From assembly GCA_029262335.1 (NCBI GenBank), contig JAJCZQ010000048.1, forward strand, positions 3,844-67,843: 64,000 nt of DNA, given 5' to 3'. The stretch's first letter is position 1, and each line of letters opens with the position of its first letter. This DNA is from Deltaproteobacteria bacterium (GTDB taxonomy: Bacteria; Desulfobacterota_D; UBA1144; Nemesobacterales; JAJCZQ01). The notes under the pieces were generated by a model, which saw nothing but the letters and a program-made list of their open reading frames with translations, was not told the origin of the DNA and did no database searches. The translations under genes were made by a program, and so were the position numbers. Below, one piece after another: positions 31,679-42,444 of this stretch.

Positions 31679-31847
31679 GTTTGTTATTTATCCTTTCTTT
31701 TTTTATTTAGTATTTGTTAATATATATAAGTTATATTTCATTATAATTATAACAATGCTATTCTGCTCCTTTTATTAAAAGGTTGGGAATAAAAGGAAAA
31801 TTATTTTACTTTAAACTTTCGTATTTCATAGCGAAAAAGGAAATTAA

Positions 31848-34160
31848 TTGTTTGAAATGAATGTAAACGTAACGAGTCTTATAGATAAAGAACATCTGCA
31901 TCTCAAAATTGTTCATGAAATAAGTGACATAATAAACCAGTCCAGTGGTCTCGAGACCATACTTAACAGTGTGGTAAACAAGATTGGTGATTCACTTAAA
32001 TTTGATGTTGTTTCCATCTATATATTAAATGAAAAAAAGAAACATCTTCACCTGAAAGCAACTAGAGGTCTGCAGGTAGACAAGAAGAGTAAGATTACTC
32101 TTTTACCAGAAGAAGGGCTTACCGGTCTTGTTTATACTTCAATGCGTACATTGAATGTAACTCCTGCATCAACACACCCAAACTATAAATATTTTCCTGA
32201 GATAGGTGAAGAAAAATATGAAAGTTATATTGGCATACCGATTCTGCTTCATAATAAATGTGTTGGAGTATTAATCGGCCAGACTATTGAATCAAGGCAT
32301 ATAAACCCGGCTGAGGAGACGCTTTTTAAAATTATTGCTTCAAGGCTTGCAGGCCTTCTGGAAGTGGCCGATACACTTGAAAGACTAAAATCACCTTCAA
32401 TCATCAAACATGAAACAAAGACATACCAGGGGAAGGGTGTTTCGCCCGGACTAGCTATTGGTGATGCATTCGTGATGAAGGGGCTTTTCAGAGAGATAAG
32501 GGCAGAAAATATATCAAGGCCGGGGACCAAGAAAGCAGAAGAAAAAAGATTGTTAAAATCTTTTAAAGTTGTTGAAGCAGAACTTAATGAACTAATTGAA
32601 AACCTTAGTAAGGAAAAAGTCCTCTCTGAGAGTGAGATTGATATATTTCAGACCCACTTAATGATTATTGAAAGTGAGTCTCTTCAGATTCCATTACTTA
32701 ATGCTGTAAACGAATCCGAGATTACGGCTGAACAGGCTGTTGTAGACGGAGTAGAGTCGATTGCCGAACATTTTGAAAAACTTGAAGACAGGTATTTCAG
32801 GGAGAAAGCCCAGGACTTCAGGGACATTGGTGAAAGGCTTCTTCATGAACTGATTGGATCGAGCAAGAAAAAGCCAATACCAAAAAATGGAAATACAACG
32901 ATCATAGTTGCGGATGATATTGGCCCTTCATTTGTTTCAATGCTGAGTAAAGATAATGTGTCGGCCATTATTACCGAGAAGGGAGGGGAGACATCCCATG
33001 CTGTAATTATTGCTAAATCACTTGGTATCCCTGTGATTATAGGCATTGATCATATAACACAGCTAATAAGGTCAGGAGAAAAGCTGATTGTCGACGGGCG
33101 TACTGGATTTATTTTTGTTAATCCGGATAAACCTCTTATTGATGAATATGAGAACACTAATAAAAAAATTCTTTCATTAAAAGAAAAAATTGAAAAAGAA
33201 GGAATGATCTCCGGCTATAACAAACTCAATCTTAATATTACTGCCAATATTGGTTTCCCAATCGATATTGAATTTGCCAAGCAGCACAATATTGAAAATG
33301 TAGGGCTATTCAGAACAGAGTTTGCGTTTACCCAGTTTGATAAATGGCCGGGTGTTAGGGAACAGGTACAGATTTATAAAGATATATCCAAGGATTTTGA
33401 TGGATATATCACTGTGAGAACACTTGATATAGGTGCGGATAAAATTCTTCCTTATTTTAATATTCCCGAAGAAGAAAATCCGCTTCTTGGACTTCGTGCA
33501 ATAAGATTTTCAATGGAATACCTTGACCTGTTTAAAGACCAGGTAAAAGCAATCCTGCTTGGAATAAGAAAGGGCTGCAAGTTTAAGATCCTCCTTCCTA
33601 TGGTTTCATATGTATGGGAAGCAGAAACTGCGAGACAGATAATTGAAGACACTGCAATGGAGATAGGGCTTCGGAGTAATGATATTCCGTCTCTCGGACT
33701 TATGATAGAGGTCCCCGCCCTTGTTTACCAGCTCGAAGATTATAAAGACGTTGCGGACTTCTTTTCAATTGGTACAAATGATTTAATTCAGTATCTGCTT
33801 GCAGTTGACAGAAACTCAAATGTTGTTGGCCACCTTTATTCATCGTTTCATCCGGCTGTACTTAGAATGCTTAACGATATTAATAAGAAATCACAGGACC
33901 TTGGCAAGGAAGTATCTATATGCGGGGAGATGGCAGGTTCACCTTCAGGTGCCTTGATGCTTATGGCACTGGGTTATAAGAACCTTAGTGTCGCACCATC
34001 ACGAGCTGCACTTGTAAGATATATGGCAAATAAGCTGGATAATAATATACTTAACAAAATCCGCTCAGAGATTATCACACAAAGAAAAGAAGCTGAAATT
34101 GAAAGGTATATCTATGAAATACTTGAAGATATTGACCCGTCTCTTGTTGAAATTGAGTAA
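31848..34160 (+). CDS. ptsP: GAF-domain PEP-protein phosphotransferase (EI-Ntr)
   Basis: N-terminal GAF (EGLTGLV...HPNYKYFPEIGEEKY); phospho-His TSHAVIIAKSLGIP; GLFRTEF, SIGTNDLIQY, ICGEMAG. Confidence 0.93.
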   Translation: MFEMNVNVTSLIDKEHLHLKIVHEISDIINQSSGLETILNSVVNKIGDSLKFDVVSIYILNEKKKHLHLKATRGLQVDKKSKITLLPEEGLTGLVYTSMRTLNVTPASTHPNYKYFPEIGEEKYESYIGIPILLHNKCVGVLIGQTIESRHINPAEETLFKIIASRLAGLLEVADTLERLKSPSIIKHETKTYQGKGVSPGLAIGDAFVMKGLFREIRAENISRPGTKKAEEKRLLKSFKVVEAELNELIENLSKEKVLSESEIDIFQTHLMIIESESLQIPLLNAVNESEITAEQAVVDGVESIAEHFEKLEDRYFREKAQDFRDIGERLLHELIGSSKKKPIPKNGNTTIIVADDIGPSFVSMLSKDNVSAIITEKGGETSHAVIIAKSLGIPVIIGIDHITQLIRSGEKLIVDGRTGFIFVNPDKPLIDEYENTNKKILSLKEKIEKEGMISGYNKLNLNITANIGFPIDIEFAKQHNIENVGLFRTEFAFTQFDKWPGVREQVQIYKDISKDFDGYITVRTLDIGADKILPYFNIPEEENPLLGLRAIRFSMEYLDLFKDQVKAILLGIRKGCKFKILLPMVSYVWEAETARQIIEDTAMEIGLRSNDIPSLGLMIEVPALVYQLEDYKDVADFFSIGTNDLIQYLLAVDRNSNVVGHLYSSFHPAVLRMLNDINKKSQDLGKEVSICGEMAGSPSGALMLMALGYKNLSVAPSRAALVRYMANKLDNNILNKIRSEIITQRKEAEIERYIYEILEDIDPSLVEIE

Positions 34161-34212
34161 TTAATATTCTATCTTTACTGTTCACTTATTCATTCCTGTT
34201 CAATTATAAAAT

Positions 34213-35106
34213 ATGCAATTAACTAAAACACACATTGCCCTATTTGTTGCAACGCTTATAACTACATTCCTTGCAGGCTACCTTCAGGGCGGAACTGTAG
34301 TCAGTGGTTTGTCATTCTCAATATCTTTGCTTTTTATATTAGGGTCTCACGAGATGGGACATTACTACTACGGAAGAAAATACGGAATACTTATAACTCC
34401 TCCATATTTTATTCCTGTACCCCCTCCATTTATTGCAGGGACTATGGGTGCATTTATAAGAATAAAATCTCAGATTACCTCAAAAAAAGCACTGTTTGAT
34501 ATAGGTGTTGCCGGGCCAATTGCAGGAATAATTGCGGCAATTCCCGTACTCATTATAGGTATAAAGTTGTCAGAAATCGTACCATTGCAAGACATTGGAG
34601 AAGTTGAAGCAATTTATCTTGGGGACTCATTAATTTTTTCATTCTTTGTTGCTATGATTTACGGCTCTATTGAAGAAGGATATGATATATTTCTTCATCC
34701 TGCAGCATTTGCAGGCTGGATTGGGCTATTTGTAACAGCGTTAAATCTTATACCTTCTGGACAGCTTGATGGCGGGCATCTTGTTTATTCTCTTTTGAAT
34801 AAAAAATTTCATTCTATTATTTCACACATTTCAATATTTATAATTATAGTTCTGGGTTTGGGTACTGAACCAATAGTTAATCTTTTGTCTTCGTTTAATA
34901 TTAATTTAAATATTCCAGATTATTTGTTGTTTCAGGGATGGTTCGGGTGGATTATATGGGCATTTTTACTAGTTATTATGGGCACAAGACATCCACCTAC
35001 AATGTACGAAGAATCGGATATTGGGCCAAAAAGGAAAATAATAGCGGTGATTACACTGTTGATATTCATAGGTTCTTTTATGCCTGTACCTTTTAGTCTC
35101 AAGTAA
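34213..35106 (+). CDS. Site-2 protease (M50 family)
   Basis: HEMGH, GTMGAFI, DIGVAGP, NLIPSGQLDGGH; several TM segments. Confidence 0.92.
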   Translation: MQLTKTHIALFVATLITTFLAGYLQGGTVVSGLSFSISLLFILGSHEMGHYYYGRKYGILITPPYFIPVPPPFIAGTMGAFIRIKSQITSKKALFDIGVAGPIAGIIAAIPVLIIGIKLSEIVPLQDIGEVEAIYLGDSLIFSFFVAMIYGSIEEGYDIFLHPAAFAGWIGLFVTALNLIPSGQLDGGHLVYSLLNKKFHSIISHISIFIIIVLGLGTEPIVNLLSSFNINLNIPDYLLFQGWFGWIIWAFLLVIMGTRHPPTMYEESDIGPKRKIIAVITLLIFIGSFMPVPFSLK

Positions 35107-35164
35107 AAATTATTAATATATTCTTAATATTTATGATGTATAATTAAAAAAAATTAAAGGAACA

Positions 35165-35193
35165 TTGAAAAAAGATATTAAATCTGGTATTTT
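35165..35193 (+). promoter_or_regulatory. Candidate sigma70 promoter for gltA
   Basis: TTGAAA-N17-TATTTT with TG extended -10. Confidence 0.45.
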
Positions 35194-35319
35194 CATGCGT
35201 GGGAAAAAAATAGATAGTATCTAAAATTGTTTGTATTTCCCTGCTTACACCCTTTATTTTTATAATTAAAGCATAGTAAGATTAATAACAAAAGACTTAG
35301 TTCTTAAGGAGGTAATATT

Positions 35320-36609
35320 ATGTCTAACGACACATTATCCATCACAGATAACAGAACCGGAAGTACTTATGAAATTCCAATCGAGAACGACACAATCAAA
35401 GCCACTGATCTCAGGCAGATAAAGGTTAATGATGAAGATTTTGGAATGATGAGTTATGATCCAGCATTTGGTAACACTGCATCTTGTAAAAGTAAAGTAA
35501 CTTTCATTGATGGTGAAAAAGGTATTTTACGCTACAGGGGATACCCTATAGAGCAGCTTGCAGAGAAGAGCACTTTTCTTGAGGTTTCATCTTTATTACT
35601 AAATGGTGAACTACCAAATAAAAAAGAGCTTGAAGCTTTCTCCCATGATATAACACACCACACTTATCTTCATGAAAATATTAAAAAGATCATTGACAGT
35701 TTCAGGTACGATGCTCACCCAATGGGTATGCTCATGGGTACGGTAGCTGCACTCTCTACTTTTTATCCTGAAGCTAAAGATATTTTCGATACAGAAAATA
35801 ATGAATTACAGATCAAAAGACTGATTGCAAAAATGCCAACTATTGCAGGTTTCTCATACAGGCATATAATGGGTCTTCCATACATCTATCCTGACAACGA
35901 ACTAAGTTATGCCGGAAACTTTTTAAACATGATGTTTAAAATGGCAGAAGCTAAGTACGTTCCAAACAAGGTAATTGAAAAAGCTATTGACGTATTGTTC
36001 ATTCTTCATGCTGACCACGAACAGAACTGCAGCGCAAGCGCAATGAGAAGTGTAGGTAGCTCGCAGCCTGATCCATATTCAGCAGCAGCAGCAGGAGTAG
36101 GTGCTCTTTACGGGCCACTTCATGGCGGTGCAAATGAAGCAGTACTTGAGATGCTTGCTGAGATAGGTTCTAAAGACAGGATCCCTGAATTTATTGAAAG
36201 AGCTAAAAAAGGCGAATTCAGACTTATGGGATTTGGACACAGGGTTTACAAAGCGTATGACCCAAGAGCCAAGATAATAAAAGACGCAGCTCACGAAGTG
36301 TTCGAAGAAACCGGTAAGAACCCACTTCTAGACATAGCACTTGAACTTGAAAGAATTGCACTTGAAGATGATTATTTCGTAAAAAGAAAACTTTATCCAA
36401 ATGTTGATTTTTATTCAGGTCTTATCTACCAGAGTATGGGACTTCCAACCAGTATGTTTACAGTACTCTTTGCTATTGCAAGGACACCAGGATGGCTTGC
36501 TCAGTGGAAAGAAATGCTTGAAGACCCTGAAACAAGGATCGCAAGACCTCGTCAGGTCTATACCGGGTATGACGAAAGGGACTATGTTCCAATGAGTAAA
36601 AGAAAATAA
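35320..36609 (+). CDS. gltA: Citrate synthase
   Basis: GILRYRGYPIEQL, ILHADHEQNCS, GPLHGGANE, MGFGHRVYK.YDPR, YPNVDFYSG; SD AAGGAGG. Confidence 0.97.
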   Translation: MSNDTLSITDNRTGSTYEIPIENDTIKATDLRQIKVNDEDFGMMSYDPAFGNTASCKSKVTFIDGEKGILRYRGYPIEQLAEKSTFLEVSSLLLNGELPNKKELEAFSHDITHHTYLHENIKKIIDSFRYDAHPMGMLMGTVAALSTFYPEAKDIFDTENNELQIKRLIAKMPTIAGFSYRHIMGLPYIYPDNELSYAGNFLNMMFKMAEAKYVPNKVIEKAIDVLFILHADHEQNCSASAMRSVGSSQPDPYSAAAAGVGALYGPLHGGANEAVLEMLAEIGSKDRIPEFIERAKKGEFRLMGFGHRVYKAYDPRAKIIKDAAHEVFEETGKNPLLDIALELERIALEDDYFVKRKLYPNVDFYSGLIYQSMGLPTSMFTVLFAIARTPGWLAQWKEMLEDPETRIARPRQVYTGYDERDYVPMSKRK

Positions 36610-36637
36610 AAGTTTATAAAGGATTATGGAGTGATAT

Positions 36638-36663
36638 AAAAAGGGGCCTTTGGCCCCTTTTTT
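36638..36663. terminator. Bidirectional intrinsic terminator
   Basis: AAAAA-GGGGCC-TTT-GGCCCC-TTTTTT between convergent gltA and the 116-aa ORF. Confidence 0.9.
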
Positions 36664-37012
36664 ATTTTCCGGAAAACTGTTTGCTTATAATATCGTTGTA
36701 AAAGTAGTCAATTGAGTGTTCTACAGATTTTATAAAAAGATTTATTACAGAAGTTTTACTGTCCTCATCTTTAAAAAATATTATTCTTTCTTCTCCGTCC
36801 GGAATAGCAGATCCCAGCAATTCGAGGAATGATTCAGAAAACGATTCAATATCTTCATTAAGAATTCTTTCAATTATAGTTTGGTCCTGAAGGTCATACT
36901 TTTTCTTTTCTATCTTGTTTTGAAGATTACTTAATATTTCCTGCGAAGTAAGTTCAGGATAACTATCCTTTGTAATATTTTCAAAAGTTGTCAGAAGGTC
37001 TTCTATATACAT
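36662..37012 (-). CDS. Hypothetical acidic protein
   Basis: 116-aa ORF starting 1 nt after the M42 peptidase stop and ending at the terminator; no motif recognised. Confidence 0.6.
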   Translation of the reverse strand: MYIEDLLTTFENITKDSYPELTSQEILSNLQNKIEKKKYDLQDQTIIERILNEDIESFSESFLELLGSAIPDGEERIIFFKDEDSKTSVINLFIKSVEHSIDYFYNDIISKQFSGK

Positions 37013-37013
37013 A

Positions 37014-38039
37014 TTAATATTTTAGTCTGTTAATATTTTCTATTAGTTTGTAAATAAGATTAATAGTACTGTTTATGTCATTTTTATAAGCAATAGAACT
37101 TGGGCTGTGTAAATATCTTGTGGGAACAGATATTACAGCAGCTCTGCTTCCTTTGCCGGTAACCTGCATTGCTGTTGCATTAGTACCGCCTGCGAGCTTT
37201 ACAGTTACCTGGGTTGGTATTTTATTCTTTTTCCCAATATCAATAATAAATCTGCTGAACTTTCTGTCAGCTACAAGATACCTGTCTGATAGTCTTATCT
37301 CCGGGCCTTTGTTTGTATTTGCAAGCGATTTGTGGTCTGGTACACTTGGGATATCCATAGCAACAGTTCCCTCTATTGCAACAACAAAGTCTGGTTCTAT
37401 GACAGGTGTTATTAAACGTGCTCCCCTAAGGCCTGCTTCCTCCTGTACGGTAGAAGTTACGTACAGGTCACAGTTTATTTTAGGTTTTTTTCTTAGCGCT
37501 TCAATAATTACAAAAAGCCCCATTCTGTCATCAAGGGCCTTGGAAATAAATGAATCTTCTGTTTCAACAAGTTCGGAATCAAATGAAACAAAGTCCCCAA
37601 TATTTACAAGTTTATTTACTTTTGCTGGTGAGAGCCCGACATCAATTACGCAGTCTTCAATCTCGGGCACTTCTTTGTTGTTTCCTGATTTACTTATGTG
37701 AGGGGGGATTGATGCTACAGTCCCAATAAGAGGTTTTTTGCCCCATACAACAAGTCTCTGGGCATAAAATACCCTTGGGTCCATTCCACCCATTGGTGTT
37801 ACCCTGATAAATCCGTTCTTATCTATGTGATGTACCATAAAACCAACTTCATCCATATGGGCATCAATAACGAGTTTTGGGCCTTTACCGCCAATATGAG
37901 CAATCACATTTCCCATTGCATCGATAGTAATATCTTTAGTAAATTTATTGTATTCTTTTAGTATAATTTCGCGGATCAGTTCTTCACCGCCGGGCATTCC
38001 GTGAGTGTCACAAAGTTTTTTAAGTAATTTAGAGTCCAT
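37014..38039 (-). CDS. M42 family metallo-aminopeptidase
   Basis: AHMDEVG, KALDDR, VQEEAGLRGA, GGTNA, PTRYLHSP. Confidence 0.92.
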   Translation of the reverse strand: MDSKLLKKLCDTHGMPGGEELIREIILKEYNKFTKDITIDAMGNVIAHIGGKGPKLVIDAHMDEVGFMVHHIDKNGFIRVTPMGGMDPRVFYAQRLVVWGKKPLIGTVASIPPHISKSGNNKEVPEIEDCVIDVGLSPAKVNKLVNIGDFVSFDSELVETEDSFISKALDDRMGLFVIIEALRKKPKINCDLYVTSTVQEEAGLRGARLITPVIEPDFVVAIEGTVAMDIPSVPDHKSLANTNKGPEIRLSDRYLVADRKFSRFIIDIGKKNKIPTQVTVKLAGGTNATAMQVTGKGSRAAVISVPTRYLHSPSSIAYKNDINSTINLIYKLIENINRLKY

Positions 38040-38124
38040 AGTGGGTTTGATTATAACTCAACATAGTTCATTTTCCAGTTAAAGAATTGATTTAATAGTC
38101 TAAAAAAACTAATATCTTATATAT

Positions 38125-39465
38125 ATGAGTAAGAATTATGACCTAAGCGATGACTCCTTGCTGTTTAAACAGCCGGAATCAACTAAACCTCTTGCAGAAA
38201 GAATGCGTCCAAAAGAAATTGAAGATGTTGTTGGACAGGACCACCTGCTTGGCAATGATGGTGTTGTAAAGAAAATGATAGACAGTGGTTCGCTCAGGCC
38301 CATGATCTTCTGGGGCCCTCCCGGTACGGGAAAGACTACACTCGCTCAGATTATTGCCAGAAAAGTAAAAGCAAGATTCTTCCAGTTAAATGCAATCTCA
38401 TCAGGTGTAAAGGATATTAGAGAGGTTATTGAAAAGGCAAATGAATCAATAATGTCCGGAAGCAAGACCATTCTTTTTATTGATGAAATTCACAGGTTTA
38501 ACAAATCCCAGCAGGCTGCTCTTCTTAAAAGTGTAGAAGACGGTACTGTCATATTAATAGGTGCTACTACGGAAAACCCATCTTTTGAAGTAATAACTCC
38601 GCTTCTTTCTAGGTGCCAGGTTTATACTCTCAATTCACTTTCCGAAGACGACCTTAAGTTAATCCTCGAAACAACGATTAAAAAAGATGAGTTTCTGACC
38701 GATTTAAAAATAGATGATGAAGCTAAATCAGAATATGTAAGACTTAGCGGCGGTGATGCAAGGGTAATGCTAAATGCTATAGAAGTTACGGATTCTTTGC
38801 TTGTAAATGAGAAAAATAAGAAAGTTGGCATTGAGAAAGTAAAAGAAGCGTTCCAGACCCAGCATTTCAGATACGACCAGACTGGAGAGGAGCATTACAA
38901 TACAATCTCAGCTTATATTAAAAGCGTAAGGGGAAGTGACCCTGATGCGGCTGTCTATTATCTGTCGCGAATGCTGGAGGCCGGTGAAGATGTGAAATTT
39001 GTAGCAAGAAGGTTGATAGTCCTCGCATCCGAAGACATTGGTAATGCCGAACCTTATGCACTGACCTTAGCAACAAGCTGCTTTACTGCTGTTACTTATG
39101 TCGGACTGCCGGAAGCTGCTTTAATATTAGCTCAGACCACAACATATCTTGCAAGCTGTCCTAAAAGTAATGCAGCTTATAAAGCACTTCAAAAAGCCGG
39201 GGAAGATGTAAGGTCTAAACCTAATCTCAAAATACCCATGCATCTTCGAAATGCCCCTACAAAACTTATGAAAGATATGGGTTACGGCAAGCACTACAAG
39301 TATTCCCATGATTATGAGGAACATTTTATAGAACAGGACTTTTTGCCTGAAGAACTTGTTAGCAATATATACTACGAACCTACTGAGATAGGCCGTGAGG
39401 CTGCGTTAAAAAAATACCTTGATGTAAAGTGGAAGAAACGGCAGAAAGATGCAGATAATGAATAG
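38125..39465 (+). CDS. rarA: Replication-associated recombination protein A
   Basis: [68 protein letters not shown]. Confidence 0.96.
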   Translation: MSKNYDLSDDSLLFKQPESTKPLAERMRPKEIEDVVGQDHLLGNDGVVKKMIDSGSLRPMIFWGPPGTGKTTLAQIIARKVKARFFQLNAISSGVKDIREVIEKANESIMSGSKTILFIDEIHRFNKSQQAALLKSVEDGTVILIGATTENPSFEVITPLLSRCQVYTLNSLSEDDLKLILETTIKKDEFLTDLKIDDEAKSEYVRLSGGDARVMLNAIEVTDSLLVNEKNKKVGIEKVKEAFQTQHFRYDQTGEEHYNTISAYIKSVRGSDPDAAVYYLSRMLEAGEDVKFVARRLIVLASEDIGNAEPYALTLATSCFTAVTYVGLPEAALILAQTTTYLASCPKSNAAYKALQKAGEDVRSKPNLKIPMHLRNAPTKLMKDMGYGKHYKYSHDYEEHFIEQDFLPEELVSNIYYEPTEIGREAALKKYLDVKWKKRQKDADNE

Positions 39466-39846
39466 TTATTTTCTTTCAATTAACTCAACTTTATAACCAT
39501 CAGGGTCTTCAAAGAAAGCTATAACAGTAGTTCCGTGCATCATGGGGCCGGGAGGCCTTGTGATTTTACCGCCAAGTGATTCTATTTTTTCACAGGTTGC
39601 ATAAATATCCTCAACACCGAATGCCATATGGCCATATGCATTACCTATTTCATATTCAGAAGTGTTCCAGTTGTGAGTAAGTTCAAGAAAAGGTTCCGTA
39701 TCGCCGCCATAACCCAGAAATGCCAATGAAAATTTTCCATCCGGGTACTCAGTAGTCCTGTGGTGTTTTAATCCGATTACCTGAGTGTAGAAATTGATTG
39801 ATTTATCCAGGTCCCCAACTCTTATCATTGTGTGTAAATATTTCAT
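39466..39846 (-). CDS. gloA: Lactoylglutathione lyase (glyoxalase I)
   Basis: ATG 39846 with SD GAGG: MKYLHTMIRVGDL, LELTHNW, YGHMAF, DPDGYKVELI. Confidence 0.94.
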   Translation of the reverse strand: MKYLHTMIRVGDLDKSINFYTQVIGLKHHRTTEYPDGKFSLAFLGYGGDTEPFLELTHNWNTSEYEIGNAYGHMAFGVEDIYATCEKIESLGGKITRPPGPMMHGTTVIAFFEDPDGYKVELIERK

Positions 39847-39937
39847 AGATATCCTCAAATTAGATTTATAATTTATAACAATATATTAAAATAGTTATTA
39901 TATCTATCTGAAATTTAATTCTTATTAGAGGTATGAA

Positions 39938-40969
39938 ATGAAAGTAGGCATAACAGGAGCCACAGGTTTTATTGGCGGCAGATTATTAAAGCGCATGCTG
40001 AGTGACGGTTATGAGGTAAAGTGCCTAGTAAGAGATAAGGCTAAAGCAAACGTACTTCAGAAATTAGGTGCTGAAACTTACATGGGAAATTTGTCAGATC
40101 CGGACACTCTTAAAGATTTTCCACATGGGTGTGAATATATATTTCATATCGCTGCTTTTGTATCAGACTGGGGTAAAAAATATGAATTTTATAAAAGCAA
40201 TGTCCAGGCAACAAAAGTATTACTAGAGGCTTCAAAAAAACATGAAGTAAAACGTTTTATATTTATGAGTTCATCTACGGTTGTCTGGAACTCAAGTTTC
40301 TGGAAAATACACAACCTGGAAAATATTAATGAAACGTTCCCGTGCCCAAATAAACACAGCGACCATTACAACCACTCCAAGTACCTTGCGGAAAGGGCTG
40401 TAATAGATTTCTCAAAAAACAATAACCTTGAAACAGTAGTTATCAGGCCTTCGAATGTTTGGGGTGCAGGAGATACTGTAATCCTTCCAAGAATTGCAAA
40501 GGCCGCTAAAAAGAAGTTCCTGATACCAATGGGCAATGGCAAAAATGAAACCACTCCCTGCCATGTTGATAACCTCGTAGAGAGTATGATAATTGCTTCC
40601 ACAAATGAAAATGCTCCGGGGAAAGTATATTTTATAAACGATGGGAAAAAGATTAACTATTACAAATTTCTTCAGGACCAGCTATACGCAGCTGGCATAA
40701 GCTGGACACCAACATTTAAGATTCCATATAAATTAGGTTATCTTTTAGCTACTTCTATGGAAGTAATCTTTACTATAATAAGGTCTTCAAAACCACCTGT
40801 GCTCACAAGGTTTGCTGTTGCCGCACTTTCAGGAAACAGGAGTTACAGTATCTCAAGAGCAAAAAAGGATCTTGATTATAATCCGGTAATTACCTATGAA
40901 GAGGGGATGAAAAGACTTCGCGAATGGGTTATTAACATTGGTGGTAAAGAAAAACTGCTTGAAGACTAG
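39938..40969 (+). CDS. Extended SDR, 3-beta-hydroxysteroid dehydrogenase/OleD-like
   Basis: TGATGFIG, FHIAA, catalytic YNHSK, IRPSNVWGAGD, HVDNL, YFINDG, AKKDLDYNP. Confidence 0.8.
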   Translation: MKVGITGATGFIGGRLLKRMLSDGYEVKCLVRDKAKANVLQKLGAETYMGNLSDPDTLKDFPHGCEYIFHIAAFVSDWGKKYEFYKSNVQATKVLLEASKKHEVKRFIFMSSSTVVWNSSFWKIHNLENINETFPCPNKHSDHYNHSKYLAERAVIDFSKNNNLETVVIRPSNVWGAGDTVILPRIAKAAKKKFLIPMGNGKNETTPCHVDNLVESMIIASTNENAPGKVYFINDGKKINYYKFLQDQLYAAGISWTPTFKIPYKLGYLLATSMEVIFTIIRSSKPPVLTRFAVAALSGNRSYSISRAKKDLDYNPVITYEEGMKRLREWVINIGGKEKLLED

Positions 40970-41689
40970 TTGGTTAAATTATTGAATAACAGCTATATAA
41001 AGATAGATACTCTTTCAAAATCCTTTGGCTTTAAAAAAGTATTAGACGGTATTAATTTACAGTTTGAAAAAGGTGATTTTGTAACTTTATTTGGCCCTAA
41101 CGGGGCCGGTAAAACTACGTTAATAAGAATATTATCTACTATTTTAAAAAGTGATGAAGGAAATATTACAATATCTGATTATGACATTAAAAAAAATGTG
41201 TCGGATATAAGAAAGATTATTGGCCTACTATCTCATGAAAATTTTCTTTATCAAAATCTTACAGTTACCGAAAATCTCATATTTTTTGCAAAGCTGTATA
41301 ACGTTAAAAATTCTGAAGAATCCATATCCTATAAACTCAATAAGATTGGTATATATTCAAAAAGAAATGAACTGATAAGAAATTTATCAAGTGGCATGAA
41401 ACAAAGGGTCTCTATTGTGAGATCTTTAGTGCATGATCCCGAAATAATATTTCTTGATGAACCATTTGTAGGATTGGACATTGAAGGGTCCGAATATCTC
41501 CTTGAATTGTTTAGCGAATTTAAAAAAGAAAATAAAACAGCTTTAGTTACAACACATGATCTTAGACTTGGGCTACATGAATGTACAAAAGTTGTTGTAA
41601 TAAATAAAGGACAGATAAGATTTAATGAAATTATTGAAAATGTAGATGTTAATAGTTTCGAATCTACATATAAATCTTTGATTGCCTGA
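40970..41689 (+). CDS. ccmA: Heme exporter ATPase CcmA
   Basis: GPNGAGKTT, LSH..FLY..LT..ENL, LSSGMKQR, LDEPF.GLD; directly upstream of ccmB. Confidence 0.88.
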   Translation: MVKLLNNSYIKIDTLSKSFGFKKVLDGINLQFEKGDFVTLFGPNGAGKTTLIRILSTILKSDEGNITISDYDIKKNVSDIRKIIGLLSHENFLYQNLTVTENLIFFAKLYNVKNSEESISYKLNKIGIYSKRNELIRNLSSGMKQRVSIVRSLVHDPEIIFLDEPFVGLDIEGSEYLLELFSEFKKENKTALVTTHDLRLGLHECTKVVVINKGQIRFNEIIENVDVNSFESTYKSLIA

Positions 41690-41765
41690 TAGCGAATCCT
41701 AAATTTAAATATTTATTATTTCGCTTTCATTCCAAAGAATTTATTTTATAATAAACCACTTAAAA

Positions 41766-42437
41766 ATGAACACCCTTGCAGCCGTTCTCTGGAAAGATAT
41801 AATTAATGAACTTCGTACTAAAGAGATAGTCCTTTCTATGGCTGCATTCTCTGTAGTACTTGTTGTAATATTTAACTTCAGTCTTGTTATCAATAGAGAC
41901 AATATCGGACACCTTGTACCGTCGTTTCTCTGGATTTCAATTATTTTTGTCGGAACACTGGGGCTTAGCAGGACTTTTGCCATTGAAAAAGAAAACAGTG
42001 CAATAACGGGTATTTTAATCAGCCCTATCGACAGAAGTATGCTGTATTTTGCAAAAGTCCTTAGTAATTTGCTTTACGTGTTAATTGTGCAGTTTTTACT
42101 GCTGTTTTTATTTCTTTTTATGTTTAATATAAATTTGACCGGCAATATACTGATGCTGATTATTGTAATGGTATTGGGAGCTGTTGGATTTTCAACACTT
42201 GGTACACTTTTTTCAACAATGGCAATAAATACAAAGCTCAGAGAGCTTTTGCTTCCGGTAATACTTTTTCCTGTAATTATTCCGGTAATAATAAATGCGG
42301 TAAAAGCAACATCTTTAATATTCAGCGGCGGCGGGTATACGGAAATTAAACCATTTCTGAACATTTTAATAGCTTTTGATATCATATTTCTTGTAACATC
42401 AGCTCTGGTATATGAGTTTGTTGTAGAGGAGTCTTAA
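41766..42437 (+). CDS. ccmB: Heme exporter permease CcmB
   Basis: WKD...ELRTKE, F..EKEN, RELLLPVILFPVIIPV, AFD; six TM segments. Confidence 0.92.
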   Translation: MNTLAAVLWKDIINELRTKEIVLSMAAFSVVLVVIFNFSLVINRDNIGHLVPSFLWISIIFVGTLGLSRTFAIEKENSAITGILISPIDRSMLYFAKVLSNLLYVLIVQFLLLFLFLFMFNINLTGNILMLIIVMVLGAVGFSTLGTLFSTMAINTKLRELLLPVILFPVIIPVIINAVKATSLIFSGGGYTEIKPFLNILIAFDIIFLVTSALVYEFVVEES

Positions 42438-42444
42438 AAGTTTT

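Noticed and set aside
37120..37701. 193-aa + strand ORF opposite the M42 peptidase, and the other short nested ORFs in the track
   Set aside because: Contained within well-supported genes; typical shadow ORFs with no recognisable domains.
40961..40980. In-frame TAG-TTG junction between the SDR gene and ccmA (also TAA-ATG at 21118-21123) as possible stop readthrough
   Set aside because: Both partners are complete proteins of unrelated families and no recoding signal is visible; abutting genes are normal in this window.
41691..41725. AGCGAA...TTCGCT inverted repeat between ccmA and ccmB
   Set aside because: Only 6 bp with a 23-nt AT loop; too weak to call.
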